Assembly (NCBI RefSeq): GCF_009914755.1
Contig: NC_060947.1
Reading direction: 5' to 3' (one strand)
DNA from: the human T2T-CHM13v2.0 reference genome, Homo sapiens
DNA: 64,000 nt
How positions within the stretch are numbered: the first letter of the stretch is position 1; each line of letters starts with the position of its first letter. Positions 31,898 to 47,278 of this stretch are shown piece after piece. Below the pieces are notes generated by a model that saw only the letters and a list, made by a program, of their open reading frames with translations, did no database searches and was not told the origin of the DNA. The translations under genes were made by a program, and so were the position numbers.

Positions 31898-33389
31898 TAC
31901 TCTTGGTTTTGCTTTGTGAAAAAAAAAAAAAGAAATATATTTCTACTCAAACTTGCTCTAGAGCAGCAGAAGTTGTTCTTTATAAAACTAATTATCAAGA
32001 TTATATAAATGAGAGATACAATTGCTCAATGTGCATCTTTCTTTCTAATTCATTTTAGTTCTTTTAAAAACAGGGAGAGGCATGCAGATTGAGAACTCTT
32101 CAAAAGACATTGTTCCTTTCTGTATATAATTTACAACCTTTTCATTATATTCCCAACATTTTTATCACTCATGTGATATGCTGCAAGCATTTTGGTGAGC
32201 AGCACTTCATGAATAAAATGTATCAGTGCCTGTAAAATTTGTAAGAAGAATACCTCAGGCATACTTGAAATAGAGCACATTTTTGACACTTCACACTTAT
32301 AATAATTCATACTCCAGAGGCCTTTTTCATCTTGTGTATCAGCAAGCTGGAAAACCTCCATAGCCAGGAAGGGTAAATTCCCTATGTGCCATGTTCCTAA
32401 AATCATTGGGCTAGGGTTGCTCCCTTCCCACACATGACATTTTCAAAAGTTAAAATCTGCTAATGGCCCCTCAAGCAAAACCTTTTTGCCTTTTGGTGAT
32501 ACTGTGACACCGACTAAGAGTTCTCACACTGTATTAAGTACGAAGGTATATCCCCCAGTTACATTACTAGTAGTGCCCAAGAGAGGAGAATTGTCTGGCT
32601 TAACTTATTCCTAGTTTTTGATCATCTGCTAAAGAATAATAATACACGTTTGCAAAATAAACCATCAGTGCACAAAAGCTTAACATTATCATCCACCCCA
32701 AATTGAACTTTAATTGGAATATAATGAATACTTGGAGTATTTCTTAAACATCTCCCACATCCCTAATGTTTTTTCCTAAAATTCCATGTTTTCTGTTATC
32801 TCAACTTACGATTGAAAGCTGACCTCCAAAGCAACACAAATACTATGTATACCACATATTGAAGTATAGCTGATCTTGCTGAAGACATTGATAACTTCCT
32901 CATTGCAAAAATCATCTTCAGTTATTTTCCATCTTGTTGGAATACTTACTCAAGCACTTGAAGCTGCTGAGTCATTCCTTTCATTAACTAAAAAAAAAAT
33001 ATTGTGCACTTATGTTATTCCAGGCAGTGGGAATACAATAATTAATAATAATTTTTAAAAGAGTCTCAAAGCTCAAAGGAGTTTACAACCTAGTGGCAAA
33101 ACAGAGTAATTACCAGATAATTATAAATCAGAGTGGTAATGTCATAAAACAGTGAGAAAATATTGCAATAATAGGGGCTCCAGCCCCAGACTTCGGGGGT
33201 TAGGAAAAGCTCCCATAGGGCATTGCATTCCAGTTGAGTCTGGAAGAATTAGTCAAGTCATCCAGGGGAAGGATTTAGGGAAATGGAGTTCCAGAGATAA
33301 ATCAGTATATACATAATCCCAGAGGCAAGAAAGAATAGAGAATTTGGGGAACTTCAAGTAGCTCAGGATGGCGAGAGCTTAAGAGTCAG

Positions 33390-33775
<386 letters not shown>

Positions 33776-36062
33776 TTATCATGCTAAAGAGTTTGGAACT
33801 CATTTGGAGAAGAATGGAGTATCTTGAACCACTTTCAGCACAGAGACATGTGATCAGTGTGACTGCCTCGTGGAGTACTGATTAAAGGGGTCAAAATCAG
33901 AGGTAGAGGAAAATATGGGGAGGCCATTGTAGGCATGAGATGATGGCAGCTTAAACTAGAATGGTTGTCAGTAAAGCACAAAGAGAAGTAGATGGCTAGA
34001 TTTCACAGCTATTCAGGATGCAGAAGCAAGAGATTTTGGTGGTGTTTAGTGGTCTCCTGAATGTGAGTAGTAACAGAGAGGAAAGAAGTAAAGGATGAGC
34101 CTCAGGTTTCTTCATAGAGACCCTCATGTTCAAGCTAAGTTGCCCAGAAGGCAGTTGGATATGTAGGTCCAGAGCTCAGGAGAAAGAACTAGTTTGGAAG
34201 GTAGGTCTACTCTGGTTTTTATTCTACCTCTCTGGCCACTGCTTCTTTGAACTTGTTTTATTTGACACACAGATATAGACCTTATTTCTAATTATTCCAT
34301 CCTCATACATATTCTCTTTCACTCTACACACTCTTCCCCATGGATTTCACGTACACACTCAGTGTTAACGACCAGCAATGTTTGGGTTCCTCACAAAACC
34401 ACTGTATTTGGGAGATGATCCTGGGAAACACCAAAAGAGGAGTCGAAAAGTAATATAGGGAAGGGAAAGTAGCCTATAAAGGGTGAATTTCCAAGCAAGT
34501 TACCACTGGGGGTAAAGAGAGCTAAAACTCACTGGGGAAGTCTGGTAAACTCTGCAGAAGACATGCCTCAGAGTTATCCAACTTGATAGGTGAGGGAGTT
34601 TATGTATTAATACACCAATTTCAGTCAGCCATTGGTCAATGGCTATCAGCCTGCCTCCTCCAGGTACATGAGTACATGGGTAGAGAAGGCTGTGACACTA
34701 CGAAAAATATTTAGTCATAAAAATGCAATTGCAAGTCTGCCCTATGCAGATAAAGCCCATACACACATAGGTAGGACAATTACAGAATCTGTTACAACAT
34801 ATGTGCACAACTCCCAAATCTATACCTTCAGCAAAAGTTTAATATTGAAAGTCAGGTTCCACTGTGAAACTATAAAGTGCCATCTAAAATGAGCTGTTGA
34901 CTAATGGGACCAAGAAGAGAGAAGTGAAAACCAAAATATGGAACCAAGCAAACATAAGAGAACCAGAGAGGTAAAAGTAAAGATTAAACATTGAGAGTAC
35001 AGGAGATGGAAACGGCCTAGCTACACAAAGTGAATTCTAAGGACCAGTAGTATCAGCATCACTTGAGAGAGTATTAGAAATACAGACCTACTGAATTACA
35101 AGCCACAGAAGCAAGATCTCCAGTTCTTACGTATGCACATTAAAGCTTAAGAAACGCTTTTCCTTCTTCTTTAGAGCTTGTGTCACCATAATGAAGACTT
35201 TTAAAATGCATTCCTAGGTGCTTATATTTGGGTGGGTGCCCATATCCATTGCCTGCAATCCCTAATCCTCTTAAATAGCACCCAGATCCACTAAACTCTT
35301 TAAGCCAAAAATCTAGACTCCTGTCTCTATTACCCACCATTGACAATCTCTATGATTCTCTGCCAATGCCACAGTGTAGGTCTGTATCCTTTACAAAAGA
35401 TAATTGCAATAACTTTTTCACTGGTATCATTGACTTCTGGGTCTTCCTGCCCCAACTTCACCTCCAAAATGACACAGAGCAATTCTTAAAGTACAAACTA
35501 CCATACTGTTCCTCACTTAAATAATAGAGTGGTTATCCAACAACTTTGAGACAAATTCCTAACTACTTAGTCTAGTACCATGAGCTCCTCCATGATCTGG
35601 TATCTGCTTACCTTCTTGCAAATATACTGGCCTAGTATAGTTACTGTAATTTGAGCAATAAATTTAGTGCTAAAATTCCTGTCAATCAACTCATAAAGGG
35701 CATGAGGGTTACATAATCTTTATCTTTAAAAGTCTGGTGCTTTAAAATTTTCATTTGCTACTCTGGACTTAACAGCAGGTTAAAAGGCCATAAAAGGGCC
35801 CTCTCTCTAAGTATGATGTATCCTGGGTTGTTTCCATGCTCCAGCCCATAAGCTAGTGCAAGGATGGTAATCCTCTGTTAAAAACCTGAATTGTTATGTT
35901 CAAGACTGTCCCTTAATTTCCTGATATCCTTTATCTGGCATACAGACAACAGTTGCTCTTTTTCTTGAACACGGAAGTCATAAATCAGTCCTGTCCCTTT
36001 TCACACCTAGCCCCAGCCAGGAACTTTGTCAAAGGCAGGAGCCATGAGAACCCATCCAGAAT

Positions 36063-36448
36063 ACCTTAGTCTGTTTTGCACTGCTATGAAAGAATACCTG
36101 GGAGTGGGTCATTTATTAAGAACAGAAATTTATTTCTCACAGTTCTGGAGGCAGTGAAGTCCAAGATCAAGGTGCCACCATCTGATGTAGGCTTTCTTGC
36201 TGCATGCTCACATGGCAAAAGGGGTAAGGGTAAGACAGGAGTGAACTCTATGCCTTCACATAGCAGAAGAGCAGAAGGGGGAGAACCAATTCCTGTAAGT
36301 CTTTTTTAATAGTAGCATTAATCCATAAATGAGGCCAGAGCCCCCACAATCTAAACACCTCCTATTAGGCCCCATCTCTCAAAACTGTTGCATTGGATAT
36401 TAAGTTTCCCACACATAAATTGTGGGGGCCACATTCAAACCATAGCAC
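36063..36448 (-). mobile_element. MST-type (MaLR) solo LTR
   Basis: CTTAGTCTGTTTTGCACTGCTATGAAAGAATACCTG...CACATTCAAACCATAGCA. Confidence 0.8.
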
Positions 36449-36634
36449 CAAAAAGGAGGGCAAATCAGACAATTACCATTTTATGATCAAATTTTTAAAG
36501 AGATGAAGGTATTTCTGGTATTCAATTTTGGATGACTTTCTTACCTGAGCCATGATATAAGGAAAATCAAATAACATTATGTACAATATCTTTAAAAGGA
36601 TTTTTCAACAATAAATACATTGTTTGTATATTTT

Positions 36635-37838
36635 CTTTTTAAAAAATAGCTTTGTTGAGGTATAATTGATGTTCAAAAATTCGCATATTTTATTGGTGAG
36701 TTTGGGCATATGCATACACATATGTGATACCATCACTACAATCAAGGCAATAAACATTTCCATCACTTCTAAAAGTTTACTTGTGCCCCTGTGGTTGTGT
36801 GTGTGTGTGCATGTGTGTGTATGTGTGTGATAAAAACACTTAATATGAGATCTACCCCTCAACAACTTTTTAAGTTCACAATACCATATTGTTAAATATG
36901 CATAGGCAACAAATCAAAAATAGACAATTAGGACTACAGCAAACTAAAAAGCAAAGCGAAGGAAATAATCAACAGAGTGAAAAGGTGAATATGGAATGCA
37001 AGAAAACATTTGCAAACCATTTATCTGATAGAAAGTTAATATCCAAAATATATAATGAACTCCTATAATTTAACAGTCTACAAAAGCCCAATTTTAAAAC
37101 GGACAAAGGACTTGAGTAGACATTTTTTCATTAAAAATCATATAAATGGCCACCAGGTGAATGAAAAGGCATCAAACATCACAAATCATCAGGAAAGCGA
37201 AAATAAAAACCACAATGAGATATCACCTCACACCTCGTATCATAGCTATTATCAGAAAAACAAAAGATAAGCGTTGGCCAGAATGTAGAGAAATAGAAAC
37301 TTTTCTTCACTGTTGGTGGGAATGTAAAATGGTGTAGCCATTATGGAAAAAAAGTATGGAAGTTTCTAAAAAATAAAAACTAGAACATATGATCCTGCAA
37401 TCCAACTTCTGGACATATGTCCAAAAGAATCAAAATCAGGATTTTGAAGCAATACCTGCACTCCCAAGTTTATTGCAGCATTATTTACAATAGTCAAGAT
37501 ATGGAAACAATCTAAATGTTTGTCAGATAAATGGATAAATAAAATGTAGTATATACATACATACAATGGAATATTATTCAGCCTTTAAAAAGAAGGAAAT
37601 TTAACCACAACACAGATGAACCTGCAGGACGTTATGCTAAGTGAAATAAGCCAGTCATAGATGTACAGATACACATGATTCCATTTAAACAAACTATCAA
37701 AAATAGTCAAACTCACAGTAGCAGAGAATAGAATGGTGGTTTCCAGGGACTGTGGGGAGTAAGAAAAAGGGAGTTGTTGTTCGATGGGTTTAAATTCTAA
37801 TTATGCAGGATGAATAAGTTCTAGCGATCTGTTGTATA
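36635..37838 (-). mobile_element. L1MA/MB element with 5' inversion
   Basis: Extreme 3' end on the minus strand (36635-36905); the upstream part lies on the plus strand (36905-37838). Confidence 0.75.
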
Positions 37839-38499
37839 TTATGTTTGTATTTACATTTTTAAAACCATAGATAAAGGTTAAGGGCATGATACTTTTGCAA
37901 CCTTAAATAAAAGCAACTGGACTGGAATTGGAAGGCTTGGTTTGCATTCCAGATTGCAATTTGTTGCCAGTAGGAACCAAAGCAAGTTAATCTATTAATG
38001 TCAGTTTCCTCACACATAAAATGTGGATAAAAATACTCAGTCTAAATGTTAGTATGAGAATTGAACTAGCCAACAGATATGAAGGCATCTAGAACAGTGC
38101 CCAACATACAATAAGCACAAAATAAATATTAATGTCTTCTTTGTATTCCTCACACATCAAATATTCATCAGTTAGGATATTTTTCAGGAGTAGAAGTTAA
38201 TTCCCATAATAAATTCACCATTTAGAAAAACAAAGACAAAAAGCACAGAACTCTGCAATTTCTAGAACTACAACATGGCTAATGTGAAATTGCTCTTGCA
38301 ATAACATCTAGCACTGCTCAACAAAGATTAAACACTTAAAACTATGTAGTCAGTTCACAAGAAAAAAATAAATTTTTATATACCAGAAATGTGGATTTCA
38401 AAGTCAAAGTATTGTAAGTAAACTAGAAATCTTACAAATTCTCAAAGCAAAATTCTCACTAGTTAATATAGCAGCCACCCCAGGGATTGAAATTAAAAA

Positions 38500-39560
38500 T
38501 AAAAGTATATATTGTTTTGTTTTATATTTATAATCAAGTTTATTGAGATATAATTTAAATATAATTATAATTATACATGATTTATTATATATAAATATAC
38601 AATTTACCATATAATTATAATTATATAATATATAATATATTATTATTATATAATTTATAATTGAGATATTGTATAATTATAATTATATGATAAATTATAT
38701 ATAAATTATGGTACACCATTATTTATATATAAATTTTGGTGTGCCATCCAATGTATTTTGGTAAATGTACACACCAGCTGCCATCACATTCAAGACATAG
38801 AATATTTCCAAATTCCCAAAAAGTGCCCATCTGCCCCTACCCGATCAATTCCTCTTCCCATTCCTAGCCCAGACAACCACCGATCTACTTTTTATCACTA
38901 CAACCTAGCTTTGCCATTTCTAGAATTACATAAATGGAGTCATACAGCATATCTGGCTTATTTTGCTTTTGTGTCTGGCTTCTTTCACTCAGCATATGTT
39001 TTTAAATTCATTAATCAAGAATGCATCAGTAGTCCATTCTTTTTATTGCTGAGTAATATTCCATTGTAGGAATATACAATACTTTATGTATCCATTCACC
39101 AGTTGATGAACATTTGGGTTGTTCCCATTTTTTATCTATTACACATAAAGTTTTTTTTATAAAGCTAGTTGTTTTTATTTATCTTAGAAAGAATACCAAG
39201 GAATGGGATTGCTGAGTTGTATGATAAGCATACATTTACCTTTTTAAGAAACGGCTAGACTGTTTTCTAAAGCAGTTATATCATTTCATGTTGTACTAGC
39301 AATGAGTGAGACTTCCAGTTGCTTCATATCTTTATCAACCTTTGATACTGTCAGCCTTTTGAATTTTAGCCATTCTGAAGTAGATGTGACTTTAATTTGC
39401 ATTTCCCTAATGAGTAATGAATGCTGTTGAGCATCTTTTCATAGGCCATTTATGTATCTCCTTTTGTAAAGTGTCTGTTCAAATATTTTGTCTGTTTTTT
39501 ACACTGGGCTGTTTAGCTTTTATTATTGATTTGCAATATTTTCTTAAATATTCTTGATGT
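38500..39560 (-). mobile_element. Old L1M 3' fragment containing an AT-rich expansion
   Basis: TTTATTGAGATATAATT..., TAGCCATTCTGAAGTAG, TTGCATTTCCCTAATG. Confidence 0.7.
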
Positions 39561-39946
39561 GGAACTTTGGTTTTAATCTGTAAAAAAGATATAAAATGAA
39601 GGTTTGTATAAGTGCAAGTCAAGAATTTGGTGTTGAGACATTCTTCATAAAACCAGAACCTTTGAGAAGGGCTGTATCTCTAGTTAAAACCCTCACCACC
39701 ATCTCTGGAAAATGGCAACAAAAAAAAAATTGCCTCAGCTTTTCGTCTCTAAATTTAAAAAACAAAAAGTCTCCTGAGAAAATGCAACCTCAAGATAGTG
39801 TAACACATGGATTTTGAATCCAAATGTGCCCTCCCTAGTGATGGTGGATTTTCCAAGTTGAAACAGTAACAAAATTAGCTCCGAGCCGGTAATATCCTTA
39901 GGGTGACTGGCAGAAGCAACCAGAAAACCACCATTTATATGTTTCA

Positions 39947-40268
<322 letters not shown>

Positions 40269-41385
40269 GTTGAGATAATTAAAAAAAAAAGAACGAAGAA
40301 ATGATCTATCTTGAAAAGCTTCATATGACACACAAAAGTAGGAATAGACCATAAAATCTTTGAGTTTATAGAAAAATATTTTTAAGTATTAAAATACATA
40401 TTAGACATTATAAGGAAAGAACAATATTCTATGAAAAAATAAAAGACATATTTGAAAGTAAACTGAATATGACTTCTATAATGAAAAATATAGTTTTGAG
40501 GTCTGTGAGCTGCCTGATTAGGAGGGGAATTTGGAGGGTCTTTAAAATCCAATTTAATGTTGCCATTCTTTGATTCTAAGAGTGACCACCGTTTTCAGAT
40601 TCTCCCAATCATGCTAAATAAATGGAGACGTTCTGTATAAGTTTTGCCCTTGTGTGTTGTCCCAAAGGGTTGCAGACATGAGGCAACAGAGCTTTGACCA
40701 GCGACTCTAGCTACGTTTAGGCTTTTAAAATATCTAACTATTTACATACAAAAAAGTGTGAATGAGAAACGATGACAAAGTACAGGTCTCCTCAGAGGCA
40801 GAGTAATAAGCATCTAATACTACCTTTGAGCTGATGCTTGAATTATTCCACATAGCCTGGCAAGTTGTCATTTAGCCTTTCCTGGACCAGCTCGGTGATG
40901 GGAATTTCACTACCTCTAGCAGCTTTCAGTTCAATTTTGGAGCTATTTTAATTGAGTATTCTCCTTATACTAAGCCAAAATCAGCGTGCTTATTATTTCT
41001 CCATTTTTTAGTTCTGCTCTTTAAGTTATTCAGAACAATTTTAATCTCTCTTCAAAATAGCATGTGGAAAACAGCTATAACCATTCAACATCCAGATCAA
41101 ATGTTCCCAGTTCTCTTTACTAGTCACCTGGTGACATAGCTTTGAGTCCTCTGACCACTCTGATCACTCTTCTTTAGCCACAATCCAGTTTATCATTGTT
41201 TTTCTTGAAAGTAAAAACCAAAACTAAACACAGTTTTCCTTTTGTAGTCAACCACTGAAAAATTAGGGTTGAATATTTCAAGATATATAAAGCAAAAATG
41301 TTACAAATACAATGAATATTTTAAAAATAAAATACAGTTATGATGGAAGAATTCAATATACCCCCTTAAGAAACTGGAAGAGCAG

Positions 41386-41850
<465 letters not shown>

Positions 41851-44675
41851 AGAGAAAATGACATATAAAATAAGGAGAAAAATGGTAAGTATAACAGTGA
41901 CCTTAAATATTATAAATAATGAGATTACCTTAAAGTGTCAGTGTGAAAAATTCCACAACCTACCCTACAAACAAGGAATATTCTTTTTTTTCTTCCAAAA
42001 TGTATGGGATATTTACCAAAAATAATGATTAAATAGGACCTTAATAAACCTGCCATAGAACTTCTATAGAACTGAACACTAATAACAAAGAGTAAAAGAT
42101 TGTAGCCACTTAAAAACGTAAAACTTTAATTTGGAGTAACTGCAATTAAAATAGAACCAAAGCCACATGAGCAAACTTTTTGCAAATTAATGGTACTAGT
42201 AAGCCTATATATGAAATAAAAGAATATCAAAAAGCTTGTTCCGATGACTATTTATAGCCTTAAATTCTTTTTTTCTATATAAAAATGTAAAAAAGAAATA
42301 AACGACATAGTCAACTCAAAAACTGAGAAATATCACAGAAAAATAAAGTAAAATAAAGCAAGAGAAAGGATTTTTTTTAACTAGAAAGCAAAATCAAGTA
42401 ACGAGGACTAGAACTGACAAATAAAACCAAGAGCTAATACTTTTAAAGGACCAGTAAACTTGCCAACCTCTGGGAAATCTGAAAGCAAAAAGAGAAGCCA
42501 AACAATGGAGATTTTAAAAATATATGAATACTACATTTATTCTAATAAATTGGAAAATCTTAATTAAATGGATGATTTTTAAAAGGAAAGTATGAATGAG
42601 CAAAAATGACCAAGCAAAGGTAAAAAAAAATAAATAAAACAATACTCATCGAAGAAAAAGTTTGGGACCTAAATGTTTTATGAGAGAATGGGGGATGATC
42701 TATTAAAATATTAAAGAAAAAATAATTCCTGTGTAATATAAGCCACTCCAAAACATAAAGAAATGAGTCCTCTAATTTATTTCATGAAGCCTGCAAAACC
42801 ATAATTCCAAATCCTTAAAAGGAGAGTAACATAAACTGAGGCCAAATCACATACAAGCCCAGAAGCAAAACATCTTAAATAAACTAATAGCAAAGCCAGT
42901 CTACGAGAGGATTTTAAAGTAATTGACCATGACCAAAAATGGTTTCTTTTAGAAATGCAAAATTGGTTTAACTTTTGGATGCTCATTAATGTATTATCAG
43001 CCTGATAGAAGTTGACAGGGAATCTGATAAAATTCAGTAAGGATTCATGATTTTAAAATAATAAAATCTCCTTGCAAATTAGAAACAGGAGGGTACATGC
43101 TCAACTTTTTTTTTCTAAAAAGACATCTACCCACATCATTATACTTAATGGTGAAATATTAGAGACATTACCATAATTATTTAAAATACATTTAGACTAT
43201 AAAGCACTTAGGAGAGTAGGAGCCCCAAGTTGGGTTGTGCTCACCACCGCATCTCTAGTGCCTAGCACAGTGCCAGATGCTCCTAATTTTTCTTCTTTCT
43301 CACTAGCTTCTCTTTCTCATTCTCTTTTGCTGGCTTCTCTTCATCTTCGCAACTTCTAAAGGTTGTCTTTGAATACTTCTTTCTGCTCTTTGTACTCACG
43401 TCCCAGGTAACTTCATCCACTACCATGGTTTAAAGATCATCTGTATGCTGATGACTCATAGTCATCATAGAGCACCTGCATTCTACCTTTTATACCTCAA
43501 AGTCTATCTTTTTCACGCCCACCAACCACACTCCAGCCACAGTCACCTTCTTGTCCCTTGAACATGATGTCCTTGTTCTATCACAGAGTACTTGCACCTA
43601 CTGCTCTTTCTCTGGCAATGGTCTCCCACCAGATTTGTATGATGCCCTTTTCCCCTTGTAAATTTCATCTCAAAAGTCTCCTCCTCTGAAAGGTATTTTT
43701 CAGTTTTATAGTGGCATCCCCAGTCCATAGTCCTTTTCTATTGCATTTCTCAACTATATTTTCTTCATAATCTTATCACTTATTACTATGCAAAACTGTA
43801 TTTATTTGTTTATATATTTGTTGATGGTCTCCATCTGCTGGAGTATGTTCATTTGAAGGTAATGCATGTGTGACTGCAAGGATTTTGTGCATTTTAATCA
43901 CTGAAGTTTCTCCATGGTCTCGTGCATTTATTCTTTGAAATGACCTTTAAGGCCATTTTGTCAATATACAAAAATTGTTGAAATTTTTATTGGAATTGCA
44001 TTAACCTTATAGACTGGAATATAGCAGGCACTTAATAAATCTTTTGAATAGCAAATGAGGGAATTTATGAAGAATACAGAGCTAACAATTATTACTTTTA
44101 TTCAGTATTATCTCAGAAGTTCTAGAAAATGCCATGATAAATAAAAGCCCCAGAGATTTAAATATTGCAAAGACAAAATTGCAATTAGTTGCAAATTATA
44201 TGATTATTTTTCTACACATTACAAGACAGTCATCTAAAAACAAAACTTATGAGATTCAATAAGGTGGCAAGTTACAACTCATTTAAAAACTGGTATCTTT
44301 CCAATATACAAGAAATGACTAGTTAGAAAATATTATGGAAATAACATCACATTTTACATAGCAATAAAATATATACAACACTTAGAGACTTAACAAAAAT
44401 ATATAGAATGTATATAAAAGGGAATATAACACTTTACTTAAGGGTACAAATGAATACTAAATAGAAAGTTATATCATGTCCCTTTAAAGGAATACTCAGT
44501 TTCAAAATTATAATTTTTCTCAAATGAGTCTGTAAGGTTAATATAATTACAATAAAAATTCCAACAGTATATTTGATTATTGACAAAACGACTTTAAAGA
44601 TCGTTTCAGGGAACAAAATACAATAAAAGCTAAGAATCTCTTGACAGGGAAGAATATTAAGAATGGACTTGTTCT

Positions 44676-45000
<325 letters not shown>

Positions 45001-46629
45001 CTAAAACCACTTTAATTAAAAATCCAACTATTGCCGGATTATACATGTGGGACAATGAAACTGAAGAGAAACTCTAAAACACAAAAATATATAATAATTA
45101 ATTTATGATAAAGATAGCATTTTAAATCATGAGAAAATATTTATATAATCAACAATGTTAGAAAAACGAATGACTTTTTTTAAAAGCCAATCACTCATCT
45201 CATATACCAGATTAAATTACAAAACACTAAAAATATAAATGGCATATCAAAATAATTAATCAATTATTCCTTGTCTGACCCCAGTTATATCTATGTTGGC
45301 ACTTTTCACCATATCCTAGGTGCCTCTTACACTTTTATCTTTATATTCCATTTTTTCTCTCTGTGTTTCACTGTATACACTTTATCCTGAGCCGTCCTAC
45401 GGTTCAATAATACTTTTTTGTATTTTTACATGTTGCGCTTCTTTTTGTTTTTTATTTGTAATACTTTAAGTAAGAAATTGTTTGAAATAAGACAATAAGA
45501 GTCTAAAAATAAGGAGTCGGTGGGAGAGCAGGAGACCAGAGATTATTACAGAATCAACCTGACAATAACCTAGACAAGGAATAGGAGGCTGTTCACCACC
45601 ACCAAGAGGTCCAGTGCATTTTGCTGTCCTTACTGATAGGCCATATTTCACCTTCTTACAACAGAAATATCATCAGAGACTTTATCAAAAACTAGGCTGA
45701 AATCCATATATACGACATTCATAGCATTTTATTGATCCAAGTCTAGTATTTACATGACTGCTTTGTTCATTTTGAGGAGTATATGTTTATAAATACATAT
45801 TAAATATGGAATTCTACACTCTAAGTAATAAAGAAGGTTTCTAGAAAGAAAAGAATGTCTGCAATTAGTTTTCCTCTAAGCCAGGACTATTGAAAACTAT
45901 GCCATTTTGATTCTCTGCTCATTTAGGAAACAGACAAAAGACGAATATTTAAAAGTTCAATAATTAAAGGGCAATCAACTTATATTGCCCTCTTTAAATC
46001 CACAGAACTGAACTTTTCAAGTTATTAACATTAAGCTATTATGCAGATGAAAGAATAAGAAATTGGTATCAGCAGACTCAAAGGAGAATGTGGATATTCT
46101 ATAAATCCAGGAACACATGACAATGTTTTCAAGCACACAGCAAAATGCCTAAGGGCTGACCAAGTGGGCGTACATTATTTTTTTAGAAATAGACTTCAAT
46201 ATAAATTGCCAGGAGGTGGCCATTTATCGCCAAAGGGTCAGATGGAAGGAATGTGGAATGTTTCCACATGTGTTTTAATGATTCAGTAGTCAAGGTAAAG
46301 CCGAGTGCTGTTCTCAAAAATTACTCCTGGGGATGTTACATATTTAATTCAGTCCAGCTGGAAAAGGTTACAGGATGTAGTCCTCAATTTGAATGACTAT
46401 TGCACTCTTAAAATGCTGTTTTTGTGCAATGTAAGGAACAATTTTGATTGCAGTTTTCAGTTAAAAGGCCTTCCTCTCTGAAGACAAACTTGTCAATTGC
46501 ATGGAATCTGAAGCAGCCAATTGAAGGAACCAATCAGCAAGGCTTGCTGACAGCTGCACCTGAGTAGCCCCACACTGCTGAGTGAGGGGGTAGTCTTAAT
46601 ACCAGCCCAGTGGTATTTGAACTAGTATA

Positions 46630-47006
46630 CAGTAAGTCCTTACCTAACATCCTTGATAGGTTCTTGGAAACTGTGACTTTAAGAGAAATGATGTAGTATA
46701 ATAAAATCAATTTTACCATAGGCTAATTGATATAATAAACAAGAGTTAAGTTCTTATGGCTTATTTCTAGTTACAGAAATATCACCGAACTTCTAAATAA
46801 AGGCAAAAACACTTCTAATATCAAACAATGAAGTACATGTAAGCATGTGAGCTATACATACATTTAAGAAAAATAAACAAAGCAAAATAATTATTTACTT
46901 GCTTATTCCAGTTCAGGCTTATGGGTTGCCAGAGCCCATCCCAGAAGCTCAGGGCACAAAGGAGGAACCAACCCTGGCCAGGATGCCATCCCATCGCAGG
47001 GTGCAC

Positions 47007-47050
<44 letters not shown>

Positions 47051-47278
47051 CGCACTTGCTCAAAAGTAGGACCATTTAAACAAGCCGATAAACCTAACAT
47101 GCGATGCGTGTGTTTGGGATGTGGGAGAAAACTGTAGTATCCAGAGAAAACCCAAACAGACTTGAGGAGAATGTGCAAATTCCACACAGACAGGGGCACC
47201 CACCTGGAATCAAATTTTTTTCTCATAACCCAATAATGAAAAGACGTTGAATGTAACGTCATTATTCAAGGACTACTG
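46630..47278 (+). mobile_element. MER82 (Tigger-family) DNA element, full length
   Basis: TA|CAGTAAGTCCT...AGGACTACTG|TA termini with TA duplication. Confidence 0.82.
47009..47048. repeat. (AC)20 microsatellite
   Basis: Perfect dinucleotide run. Confidence 0.95.

Noticed and set aside
36539-36552. Strong minus-strand donor CAG|GTAAGA
   Set aside because: No matching acceptor found; insufficient alone.
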